Assembly (NCBI GenBank): GCA_951406725.2
Contig: OX597815.1
Location: forward strand, 148,862,001 to 148,926,000
Direction of reading: 5' to 3'
DNA length: 64,000 nt
From: Octopus vulgaris
Lineage: Eukaryota
Part shown: one piece after another, positions 40,645-52,593 of the stretch
Layout: the number at the start of each line of letters is the position of its first letter
How positions within the stretch are numbered: position 1 is the first letter of the stretch
Notes under the pieces: model-generated
What the model was told of the DNA's origin: nothing
Database searches by the model: none
What the model saw: only the letters and a program-made list of their open reading frames with translations
Program-made: the position numbers and the translations under genes

Positions 40645-43087
40645 ATACATTCAATTAGAGGTTGAAATACAAATGCAAATATTAATCCTGGAAATTGTTT
40701 CGATTCATAACCAATAATGGACTTTTTAAAAAATTCATATTGATAGGTATGAATCTCATCGGGGAAAGGTTTGAGAAAATTAGACAAAATTATATGTAAG
40801 GATTGTTAAATCCTTACAGTCCTTAAATATGTTTGTAAGCGCGAGCGTCAATAATTTTAAAATAGAAAAATAGAAAAATCAGAATTAATAAATCATATAA
40901 AAGCTTCCATAACAGTCATAAATATTATTTTGCACTTTTAATAATACTAATCTAAAAGTTATCTGCACATTATTTTTTATATATAATGAATCTAAATAAT
41001 ATGCCAAGAATTAATGTAATAAATATCTTCTATCAATAAATATCTTCTTTTATTCTTCATAAAATAAGGAAAAAAAAAACAAAAAAAATTCAAGCAAGCT
41101 ATTTCGAGAAATTCTTCAAAGACAAAGCAACGCGATATTTATCATGGCTAAATAGCCAAAAAAAAAATAATAATAATAATTGAAATATCTTATCTTCATT
41201 AGCCTAATACTGAATTATATTATAAATTATACTATATTCATTATTTATAATCACCTATACAAAATTGCATCCAAAATAGAAATTATTTAATTTTATTAAG
41301 AAGATAAATTTCGAAAGAAATGAAACCATAAATATACATTATCATAATAATATAATTATGTTATAATAATATAAATTTACTAAAGTCATTAAAAACACCT
41401 TTAATCAACTATTTATTCATTCAAAAGCTTATTCTATATAAGCCGATTTTAAACAATTTCAAAAAATTGTGATTATTTATTACCTGTACTAATTCCTACA
41501 TAATAAATAAATTAATAACTTATAAAATATTTATTTAGTTTTACATAGGAAAATAACTTACAGTAAATCAATATGTTTATCATTTTTATGGGTATATAAT
41601 TTCGAAAGAACACAAGAACTGGATATACACAATATACAATTTCTAAGTTTGATTGTGTCTACGATAAATAATTGTGTATGCATAATGTCCAAAACTATAT
41701 TATTATATTTAAGAATTAGCATAATCTTCGTTTATGTATTAATATAACCATTACGTTTTGTAACCAAACATTTACTTAGTTTTTCAGGGGAAAATAAACC
41801 ACTGTAAATCAATGTTTATAAACTTACATACTGATGCCTTCGAAAAGAAAAACGAGACCTGAAACACGTAACATGACAATAAGAGTATTTTAATCATTAT
41901 AGGGTCTATTATAATTTTTTTTATATATTATTATTACTAAATTTAATTTAAATGCTTATCATTTCAGATAACATAAAAATAATATAACTTGAATTTTATA
42001 ACTTTAATTCAACTACGAATACAGTAAAATAATTTCTATCTTTAAGTTAAATGCATTATAATAAATAATAATCTAATATTAGATAATTAAAATATATATA
42101 TATCATATAATATAATACTAAACTTATTTAGTAATACACTGAGATAATATAAAAATCCACATTATTATACTAATTTAAACTTAGTAATCAGTCGGTTCCA
42201 ATATAAATGCTTTTCAAAATTCGGTTACATGAAAACATATGGATCGCGTACTAAATATGGGTAAGTATCACAAGGAAAACAGTGGTCACGTCATCATACA
42301 TAACATTCAAATTTCACCATAATTTTACGTATCTATTAAATAATTTCATTTCTTATCAATTTATTAATGTAGTAATTTATATTTCTTAATTAATTAACGA
42401 TATATTAAGTAGCATTTATATGAATTCATCTGTATATAGAGATACTTGCATATATATATATATATATATCAACATATATATATATATACCTGTACATATA
42501 TCTATAAATACTCATACACACATAATACATATAGACGTAAATATAAATATATATAGACATATAGAGATACACATCTACACACACACATATCGATACATAT
42601 ACATCAGATACCTCATTTATGCTTGTATATATTCACCTAACTATGTAAAACTAAAAATAATAATACTAACAATAAATAATTAACATATACAAACATATCC
42701 ATATACTTACATATATGCATATATATATATACATACATACGCATGTATATATATATATATATTCATATACAAATCTACATTTATGTTCATATATATACAC
42801 ATATCCATATACTTACATATATAGATATATATATATATATACACATACATACATACGCATATATATATATATATATATATTCATATACAAGTCAACATTT
42901 ATTTTCGTATATATACACATATTATATACATCATATATATGTATGTGTACACTTAACTAAATATATAAATAATTTTCATAACAATAAATAATTAATTACT
43001 AATTATTGACTCTTTCATATATACACATATAATTATTTATCCTTTGATATATATATATATATATATATATATGACCTACATATACAC

Positions 43088-43420
43088 TTTGTTAATAAAC
43101 CTGCAAAGACATCACAAAAACTAGAGTTTCACGTTCCCTTTCATCGTATACACACATACACACATATATATAGGAGCGTGTATGCATTTATATATATGTG
43201 TGTGTGTGTGTGTGCGTGTCTGTGTGGGAATCTACGTGCCCGAGAGTATAAAATCCTGTATTGCGTCATCTCACATATGTGGTCTTTTCAATTGCATGAA
43301 ATAAAACCGTCCGACGAACCGGAACGTAAAACTCGAAGTAAAATTCTTTGTGATGTTTTTGCAGCTTTAGTAATAAAGCATATTACTCTACTTCTCGTAT
43401 TCGAGTACTATCATTTACCT
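43088..43420. mobile_element. Two inverted copies of a short pLTR-like unit
   Basis: Minus strand of 43090-43147 (cgatgaaagggaacgtgaaactctagtttttgtgatgtctttgcaggtttattaacaa) matches 43311-43380 (ccgacgaaccggaacgtaaaactcgaag...tttgtgatgtttttgcagctttagtaataaag). Confidence 0.55.
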
Positions 43421-43451
43421 CATGGTTCACAGTTATGTGCTTACTCTAACC

Positions 43452-43501
<50 letters not shown>

Positions 43502-43855
43502 CATATATAGACCTACATAATTCCCCATAAGAAGTCACATAAACACACACACACATTTATATATGAATGAATGAATACAGGAATGTATATTTATGTATTT
43601 ATGGATATATACTTCCATACATACATGCACATACATATTATGTGTATATGTATCTTTGCATGTTCTCCTGTTTTATATCTATACCTGTATTCACTTATAT
43701 ATTTCCAAACTCTACTGCTGCTACTGATTTTTATTATTATTATTATCATTATTATTATTATTATTATTATAACTTTTTTTTCTTCTTTCAAATTTGCTTC
43801 CATTTCTTACCGAGTGTCTTCCCGACTCCTAGGGCAGATATTATTATTATTATTA

Positions 43856-43908
<53 letters not shown>

Positions 43909-45171
43909 TATTCATTTATATATTTGTATAACTACCCTAATATTCACTGTTTATTAGCATGGACGTTTGTCATTTTTAACCCTTAAATCTTCTGTTGCTT
44001 GTTATGTTTGAATTTATAAATATTTCCGAACGAATTATTTACTAAACACACGATGTAAATTATTCCTTACTTAGCACAAAATTTTGTAATCTAAGAAATC
44101 ATATTTGAAAGCAAATACTACATATCCTAAGAATCAATTTTCTTTTATTAACAATCCGTTTGATTAGATAACGTACATTTTAACTTGTACCTCATATATT
44201 CGTACGCTATGTTACCCCACTATAACATTTGCATTGCTTTTATTACAGACCAGCTTAGCTAACTGCATCACATTGACGTTGAACCTCCCCTACATCTGTC
44301 TTTCTCGCCGTTAGTAATGAGTATCTCTACATACGTCCCACTCTAATCACATCGATTGGAATCTGTTTCTGTGATCGTCAATTAGTTTGAAAATTTTCCC
44401 TACATATTTATGTCATGCAGTCGTCGAATGAATGATATTCAAACAGAATAACAAGCATATTGATCTAACCTAAGAATTTCTCCGAATGCTATTTTCATGC
44501 GTTATACTACGGCCTAAATTATTAAAACTCCATCAATAATTATCTTCAGTTTCTCTAGATGTTCTTGCATCGTTTTCCTTCAGGTTCACTTCAGTGCATA
44601 TTTGTACTTCACGCTCCTTTGCAACCGAAGATGTTCTAATACTTTATGAATGCATCTTGCTTCAATTAACCAAATTATCGAAATATCTTGATTTTCATTT
44701 GCATTATTCGCTAACACACACATGCAAACGCATTAAAGTTGACCGCTAAAGACATATTTTCCTCAGCTGTTTCTAAACACCCACACGGACACAAACATAT
44801 ATACAGAAGCTAAGCGCTTTCGGATATTTTTATATTCTTTCATATTTTCTCATATCTATTGAAGCTCGAGTTGTGTTCATGTCTGGGTTCCAAGATTAAA
44901 ATAACGCTGTAATCCATTTAATCGATGCTTGCAACGAAATGTCATAGGCGACAAATGTGTCACTCATATTGGCATTGCGACTAAATCACACAACTTGAAT
45001 ATTTTGCAGGAGAGTATTGAATTTGAAATCTGCATCATAAAAATCCCTATCCAAATCTGTAAACGGTATATTACAACACAAGGCAACCCACATTGTTGTT
45101 TGAAATTGATTTTTATTCTATTGTAGTAACAAAGGCTATTTAGAACAAAAGAACTGAGCGACCAAAACTGC

Positions 45172-45400
45172 AGCGGGGGCGATGAGCAGCGAAAATTATT
45201 TGCAAAGCCAGACATAGAATCCTGAGATCTGCTTTGCATTTCATCCTTTCGTTTGTCTTTACGTTCTGAGTTCAAGTCCCGGTGAGGTCAACTTTGAATT
45301 CCATCCTTTTGGGGTCGATAACATAAATACCAGTTAAACACTGGGGAGGACGTTATTCACTCTCCTTCCTCGCAATTTTGATTGCCATATGCAAACATTT
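45172..45400 (+). mobile_element. SINE family A, diverged
   Basis: tttacgttctgagttcaagtcccggtgaggtcaactttgaattccatccttttggggtcgataa. Confidence 0.7.
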
Positions 45401-45659
45401 AAAACTGATATTTGCTTATCATTATCACCATTGTTGTTGGATGAATTGGCAGATGCTTGCATAAGCATGCTAAGGTATAAGCTTGCGGACGTATTTATAC
45501 GTGTGTGCGTGTGTATATGTATAGGTATGTGAGTATGCGTGTACACATACACACACTGAAAACACATATATAGGAGTGTGTATGCATATATATATACACT
45601 GAAAACACACATATATGAGTATATAAATATATATATATATATATGTATGTGTGTCTATA

Positions 45660-46271
45660 TACGTGTATGGGTGTATACAAAGATTATTGGGCCATCCCAT
45701 ATATAATGCGTTTTTTTTTAATTACATGAACTAAAAGTCGGAGGATGACGGGATAAACTACATGCATAAACTTGCAATAAAATGGTTAAATCCAAGCTTC
45801 TCTACTAGTTCTTGAATATTTACGACGGAATTTTTCAGGTCGTTCTTGTCGAGCTCTAAAGATCTTCCTGAAACAGGCTCGTCTTCAAGGCCGTAGTTCT
45901 CGGCTTCGAATTATTGGTATCACCGTTGACATTGGCTTACGCTTATTGCCCGATCTTCATATACTGCATTAATATGCCTTGCACTTCCCATTGCGTTGTT
46001 GTATTTATTGAACTCATAAATAAAATATGCCGAATATGCTTCTTTGTCATTTCCACTATATCTTTGAAAAAAAAAAAAACAACAACATACCTATTAAAAT
46101 CGAACTGCACTCTTCAGATTTAACGCTAAGCACAAGTAAAAGGTAAAATTATTATCTGCTTTTATTGCAAGTTTATGCATGTAGTTTATCCCGACTTTTA
46201 GTTCATAAAATTTTTAAAAACCCATTATTTTGGGGATGACCCAATAATGTTTGTATACACCCATACACGTA
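45660..46271 (-). mobile_element. Mariner-derived MITE with ~120-bp inverted ends
   Basis: Ends 45660-45790 and 46145-46271 are inverted (tattggg.catccc; gggataaactacatgcataaacttgcaataaaa). Internal minus strand encodes a decayed EMTKKHIRHI..YEFNKYNNAMGSARHINAVY...QR*YQ*F...LEDEPVSGR mariner HTH. Confidence 0.85.
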
Positions 46272-46285
46272 CATACACTCACACA

Positions 46286-46383
<98 letters not shown>

Positions 46384-48050
46384 AATTAGCAAAATGCTCT
46401 CTCTACTACCGATCACTACGCTTTCTAAGAGTTCGACTTGTCCAATCTTCCAATATCCCAAAGGTGTCAATGACTCTCGCCACAACAATTTTGCTCCAAA
46501 ATAAAGACTATTCAATGTTTAAAATTGGGAAAAATAACCCTACGAATATCAATTTTAAATATATTAATAATTCATATTACAATTTTCATTTACAAAACTA
46601 TTAGTTTAGTAAAACCTACTATTACCAAGAGTTCGCTCCATGACACTCATTACCAAGTGTTGCTGGTCTATGACTTCTACGCTCGTTAGACATAGCTGTT
46701 CCACAGCGAGTAATCAAAAATAACAATAATTTCACTGAGATTGATTTGAAATTATCATAATTTCTTCAGCTTGAATCTTACCTAGCATCACATCTCGTGT
46801 AAAAGTTAAATTTATCTCCAATTTATACAGGTTATTTTGGACCCAGGACAAACGGAAGGTTCTAAATCTTGGCTGTCATCATTTTATGAGTATCTGTATT
46901 CTCGTGGATAAATAACTCACACACGATGTTCATATTTTTCTACTTACAAACGACACGCACAATGTAAATCCCATGAAAAAAATATTAATTCTCTTTCCGC
47001 CAGATAATGAGTATAAAGTAATCGAGAAATTACCAGCCAATCAACAAAGCTCGAAAAAGTCCCTACCAATTAGTAGTTTCAAACAATGCATAAAATGTAT
47101 TTTGATATTTTCCAAAGTACTGCAATATTTCATTTACCGTAATAATACTTTCTGTTCCAATACGTGTGAGACTGCCATATAGAACAGCCTCCCCTAACAC
47201 TTGAGCCGTAAGACTTCAATCATCTCATTTACATCTTTACATATACGTGAAACTCCAGATCTTTTTTCAGCCACCAGTGTGCTCTTACACTCCAGAATTT
47301 TGATGGACACTCTATTGATAACCTCGACATCAAGACATCTCGCGAACAGGTCAGGTATGCAAACAGTACATCAATAATTTAATCAAGCTTTATGGCTTAC
47401 ATCAAAGTTGCTGTCAATCCTTAATATTCAAATGTGTAGAGATAATTTACGAATCCACATTATCGCTTCTAGTGCGTATCAGAGTCTATCTCTTTAAGCT
47501 CAGTGATATATTTCGTCGGCCGATCGCAGATAACTCTTGTCTTAATTTTTCTCTAAACATTCATAAGCAAACATCCTACTCATAGATCCACGGCGCACCA
47601 AACGAAACATGTGCTTAGTGAAAAGCAATCCTGGAATGCCTACGAATATGACAAAGGAAGTCACATCCTCCTCAGAGCTCGTCAATCAACTGCTTCAATC
47701 ATTTCAAATATCAAGGTAAACGTTTCATTTCTAAAATCATTGTATATGAAAAAGCTGCAGTGGCAACACTCACCACCACATCGAATACTAATCCCTATAA
47801 ATGACAGTCTCTGCAAGCAAAATTACCACTAACAGAAGGAATTTCAACCGTGTTTTGTGGTCTGCTACCACAACAGCTCCTTTATAGTATCAAGTTAGCT
47901 CAAGACACCATCAGCAGGAACCACGTTCGAGCCGTACTCCTCTACCGTTTTGACGTGGCGAGGTCCCCCACCTTTCGGAGGTGTCTTCTTTCTTCTTCTT
48001 TCTTCTGTTCCCTAGCCTCTTCGATGTAGCGTCAACGAGTGTCAGCGGAC

Positions 48051-48325
48051 GACTGACTGTCTTGTCAATTTTTTTTTTCCTTTAAATACCTGCTGCTAGT
48101 CTCCAGCAGACAGCTCCAGCAAGTTGTTACGTGACACTGTCTCAACTTTAACTGACCAATGAAGGCGCGTAGTCTCAGCCCACGCATTCTCTAATCGATA
48201 CCGTCATCTCTCAATCAGCGAAGCTAATTCAGTGTCAGCTTGTCTCACCTAGTGATGTCATTTTCCGCCGGCATGTTATGACTTTCAAGCCATTTTTGGT
48301 CTTCCTGCTTCAGCCATATATAGAA
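48051..48325 (-). promoter_or_regulatory. Pol II promoter with TATA/Inr and SRE/CRE/CCAAT-type motifs
   Basis: Minus-strand TATTTAAA (48088-48081) lies ~30-34 nt upstream of an ACAGTCAGTC Inr (48060-48051). Also CCAAT 48156-60, TGATGTCA 48253-60, perfect CArG CCATTTTTGG 48290-99 next to ETS CTTCCTG 48301-07, near-CArG CCATATATAG 48314-23, and a local CpG/GC rise. Confidence 0.55.
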
Positions 48326-48972
48326 GCTGGCGTTTTTGACCGCCTCCTGTACTCTCCTTATTAGTTTTCTCAGCTCCGAGCTAGAAAAAACAAATCTTCT
48401 TTTGAATATTTAACTATCCACAAATAAAGCAATTGGATTTATGTATCAATATAATTTCGCCAAAGAAAGAAAATAATTTGCACCACACTAAAAACCAACC
48501 ATTTACAAATATCATGTGTGAGATACAATAGAGTGCATTTGCCACGGATAGGAGGGTGCTTTTTCATCATATAATGAAATCCTTTGTTATAAGAAGAGAA
48601 ATAAGATGCCTGATCAATCTAAAATAGCATGCAAACCAAATTGTGCTAACAAACAAGTCACCTCTTCAGTCAATTCATTTTATTATTCAAACATCAATAT
48701 TTTTTTTTTCTGCTCATCGTTTTTGGCTGTGTTTATCGTAATGCTGTCAGTTACATACTTCTGAATTTAATAAATCCTCGTTCGATTGTTCCCAATCAAT
48801 TGTAGTCTTACATCACTTAAATACTAGACTCAGACGTCCTTCCTCAGTCTATCTATGTAGGCTAAGTTTCTCTACCTACTTCAATACATTTTTATGCTGC
48901 AAAATATTCAGGCGTTATACCAGGATTAGAACTCTGATAACCCCCATTCACTGAACTAAAATTTACAAGCAT

Positions 48973-49587
48973 CACAATATTGAGAAGTATATTTGCCACC
49001 TAAATGTGGTTAACTCTTAAGGGTTAATGCTACTATAGCTTGTAGTCCCATGAAGACATCTCCTACAGCTGGTTATTGACACACATTCTGTCCCCTATCA
49101 GTATTTGCAAAGGGAAGTAATCTTTCCCATCTCCAGCCTGACGTGATGCACACAGATCCAAGTTACTGGGTATTGACCCGTCATCAGCGTGTGACAACCT
49201 CCGGTTGGCGATTGGAAGTGGTTCTCAATGCAAATATATATATACGTTTTCCAATGACGAAATTTATCACTGCTTGTGACGAGATTTATTATTGCTTGTT
49301 TCCATTTTTGTCGATCAGTGAGTTTTCGTCACTGGAAAAGGTATATATATTTGCATTGAGAACCACTTCCCATAGCCAACCCGTGGTTGTCACACGCTGA
49401 TGACAGGTCAATACCCAGAAACTCGACTCCGTGTGTATCACGTCAGCCTGGAGATGGGAAAGATGACTTTCCTGTGCAAATACTGATAGGGCACAGAATG
49501 TGTATCAATAGCCAGCTGGAGGAAGAGTAGCATTCACCCTTAAGGGTTAACCACATATAGGTGGCAAATATACTTCACAATGTCGTG
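48973..49587. mobile_element. Large fold-back MITE (~290-bp arms, ~45-bp loop)
   Basis: gaagtatatttgccacct / aggtggcaaatatacttc, tcatcagcgtgtgacaacc / ggttgtcacacgctgatga and ggaagtggttctcaatgcaaatatatat / atatatatttgcattgagaaccacttcc pair throughout. Confidence 0.9.
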
Positions 49588-50464
49588 CAGCTATTATTTA
49601 TACCTCGCTCAAAGATTTGTTATTGCATTACAATATTGTCTTCTAAAAGGTAGGATCTGTCTGGAAACGCTCAGATTGGTGTTATATCGGAATGTACACT
49701 AGATTCCACCGAAAATGTATTGATTATTTCTAATATATTTTTGTGTCGCTGTACATGTTTAAAAAATTGCGAATTTGAAACAATATTCTGAAATTATTTG
49801 ATTACATATTTTACTAAACTGGCAAAATGTGTGAAGATTTGAAATGTCATGACGTATTACATTTATGTTTGAAAGGTCATTTAAAGTTGCATATTGTCTT
49901 CGAATATAAGTTTTTAAAAAATTCGTTTTGGAACGCCATAATGATATAAGAGATAATACAATGAAGTTTCCCGTAAATGTTTAAATATTTTTTCGATATT
50001 TACTGCTTCAAGGAATGTTAACATTTGCTCTTGTTCAAATACTCGTACAGATTCTGAAGTATTCACTTATATTGATATATAAATGCAGTTATTTTAGCTT
50101 TAACTCATAAATATCGACTTGGCTAGACGATAGAATATGTTTAATGGTGAAAGTAAATTACCTGCTGGGAGTAATGGTTAAACCATGTGGTACTGCAAGA
50201 ATATTGGCTTCTACATTAAGCATTCTTGATCGACATATCTATATCAGTGATTCTACATTCAATATAAAGAATATTATAATTAAAAATATTCGGCCATGTA
50301 TAGCTTCTATCCCATATTCAAGAAATAAATCATGAATTGTAAATAATGTATTATATGTTTACAGGAAACGTTTCGTAATACGTTAAAGGTTACCTTAAAG
50401 AAAATACTCCACGTCACGGGTTTGGTTGTTGTTATTTTGCTTTAAACATCCAACATGTATTCTC

Positions 50465-50872
50465 AGCAGGAGGGTTGTGTGGTAAGTAGCTTGCTTACTA
50501 ACCACATGCTTCCGGGTTCAGTCCCACTGCGTGGTATCTTGGGCAAGTGTCTTCTACTATAGCTTCGGGCCGACCAAATCCTTGTGAGTGGATTTAGTAG
50601 ACTGAAGAATCCCTTCTTATGTGTACATGTGTGTGTGTGTGTGTGTGTATGCGTGTGTGTGTATTTGCGTATCTATATTTGTCGCTTGACAACCGGTGCT
50701 GGTATGTTTACGTTCCCGTAACTTAACGGTTCAGCATAAGAGAATGATAGAATATGTACTAGGATAACAAAGGATAAGTCCTGGAGTCGATATGCTCGAC
50801 TAAAGACGATGCTCCAGTATGGCCAGAGTCAAATGATTGAAACAAATAAAAGAAGAATAAAGGAAATAAAAA
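50465..50872 (+). mobile_element. SINE family B
   Basis: Homologous along its length to 21853-22270. Confidence 0.85.
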
Positions 50873-51148
50873 GAAACATCCAGCGACAAAATAGTGAAAC
50901 CCAGTTACCAGATATATTCCACGCTCTAACTTCATTCTCTATGACGAAAAATATTCTCATTCAGTTTTATTTTTACTCGGGTGTAATACACCTTTTACCC
51001 CAAAGCGATTAGTTCAACAGTAATTTTCTCTCAATAAGTTACATGAAGCTGCCGATATAATGATAATTTATATGATGCTTGTAGGAATATGATAATAATA
51101 TAGGAGACATACCTACATACATTCATACACACACACACACACACAAAC

Positions 51149-51194
<46 letters not shown>

Positions 51195-51666
51195 GTATGT
51201 ATGTGTGTATGTAGGTATTAGCCAGTTAGACGAACACCTACGATACGAATGAGCTGTGCAACATTAGACATTTTTTTCCGGGTATGTCTAACCTACTGGC
51301 ATACCAACAGACAATCCGTCTGCTTTTTTCTTCATTATATCCTTGCACTCAGTGAATACTGAGTTAGTTTCCGTAGCTGATGAACAGAAACGACACAGAA
51401 GCGTATGCGACGTACGATATGTCGTCTCTCACGGCCCATAGCAAAGCGCATATTTGATTTGGGAAGGGAACTTTTCTCCTGTGAATATTTTAGCAAATGG
51501 TCTCTTTGATAGAATTGAACGCGTAAAGCATTATCTTACAGGAATATTTTTATATAATGCTGATTCGTGTGCCTATGTGTGTGTATACACACACATACAT
51601 GCATATACATATATGCAGACATATATATGTGTGTATGTGCGCATGCGGGTGTGTATGTGTGTGTGT

Positions 51667-52215
51667 ATGAGGGAGTACCCAACAGAAACTGGAATTTTAC
51701 AACTATTTATTCACTTAGTTTTTCATTGATTACACAATTATCATCTTCAAAATTTTCTCCATTCGAAGCAATGCATCAGTGTAGACACGTTTTCCACTGT
51801 TCGAATCAGGCATGGAACTCTTGTGAAGTGATGCCTTTTAGCGCCTCCGTCGGTTTTCTTTTCTTGTTTTTTTCATCTCTTCCACATCTAAAGATTCCTT
51901 AGCACCAGCCTCCGTAACCGGTGATAACCTTCGAATAATGGTCTGGATCATCCTCCAACTTTTCTTTCAGTTCACAACACGTGACCTCTTTTGATCTTCT
52001 GTGAGCAAGCGAGGCACAAATTTTGCTGCAACACTTTTCAATCGCAATTCCTCATTCAAAATTCCTTGACAAGAGATCCAAGATAGACCAGTCACATTAA
52101 CAAGATCAATTCATGAATTTTCATGTTTCCAATCTTTCATGGGGTCGACGTTCACCCTTAACGTGGTTGATCTTCAAGCGACAGGTGTCAATTTTTAAAG
52201 CATGAAAACCACTCG
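51667..52215 (-). mobile_element. Mariner transposase relic (C-terminus + TIR)
   Basis: Minus strand TEALKGITSQEFHA*FEQWKTCLH*CIASNGENFEDD matches the mariner C-terminal W..R...CI...G.YFE motif. tatgagggagtacccaa is a TIR-like end. Confidence 0.7.
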
Positions 52216-52220
52216 TAAAC

Positions 52221-52490
52221 TTTTATTTACAATCTTATAATAATATGATATAAGATAATATAATATCATAAAATGATAGAATATTATACATCCATTCTGA
52301 TTGGAATAGTACTTTCGTGCATTAAATTATGTAATCTTCAGGTTCATGTAATAGTGGTGACAGTTATGTTTTGCAGAACCTGAAGATATCATATTTTACG
52401 CATGAAAGTACTGGTTCCATCAAAATGGATATTGAATATTCTATCATTTTATTGTATTATCTTATATTATTATTACATTGTAAATAAAAA
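52221..52490. mobile_element. AT-rich fold-back MITE
   Basis: Arms pair as ttttatttacaat/attgtaaataaaa, ataaaatgatagaatatt/aatattctatcattttat and atcttcaggttc/gaacctgaagat. Confidence 0.8.
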
Positions 52491-52593
52491 TTGAAAATCA
52501 GACAAAGCTAGGATTTCCTTGATTATTACATATTTTTATATACAATCATAAACATCAGTGTATACACACACACACACACATATATATATATAT

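Noticed and set aside
40840-42420. Mitochondrial rRNA insertion (NUMT)
   Set aside because: Composition is suggestive, but I found none of the conserved 16S/12S motifs (e.g. GACGAGAAGACCCT, CTCAGATCACGT) on either strand.
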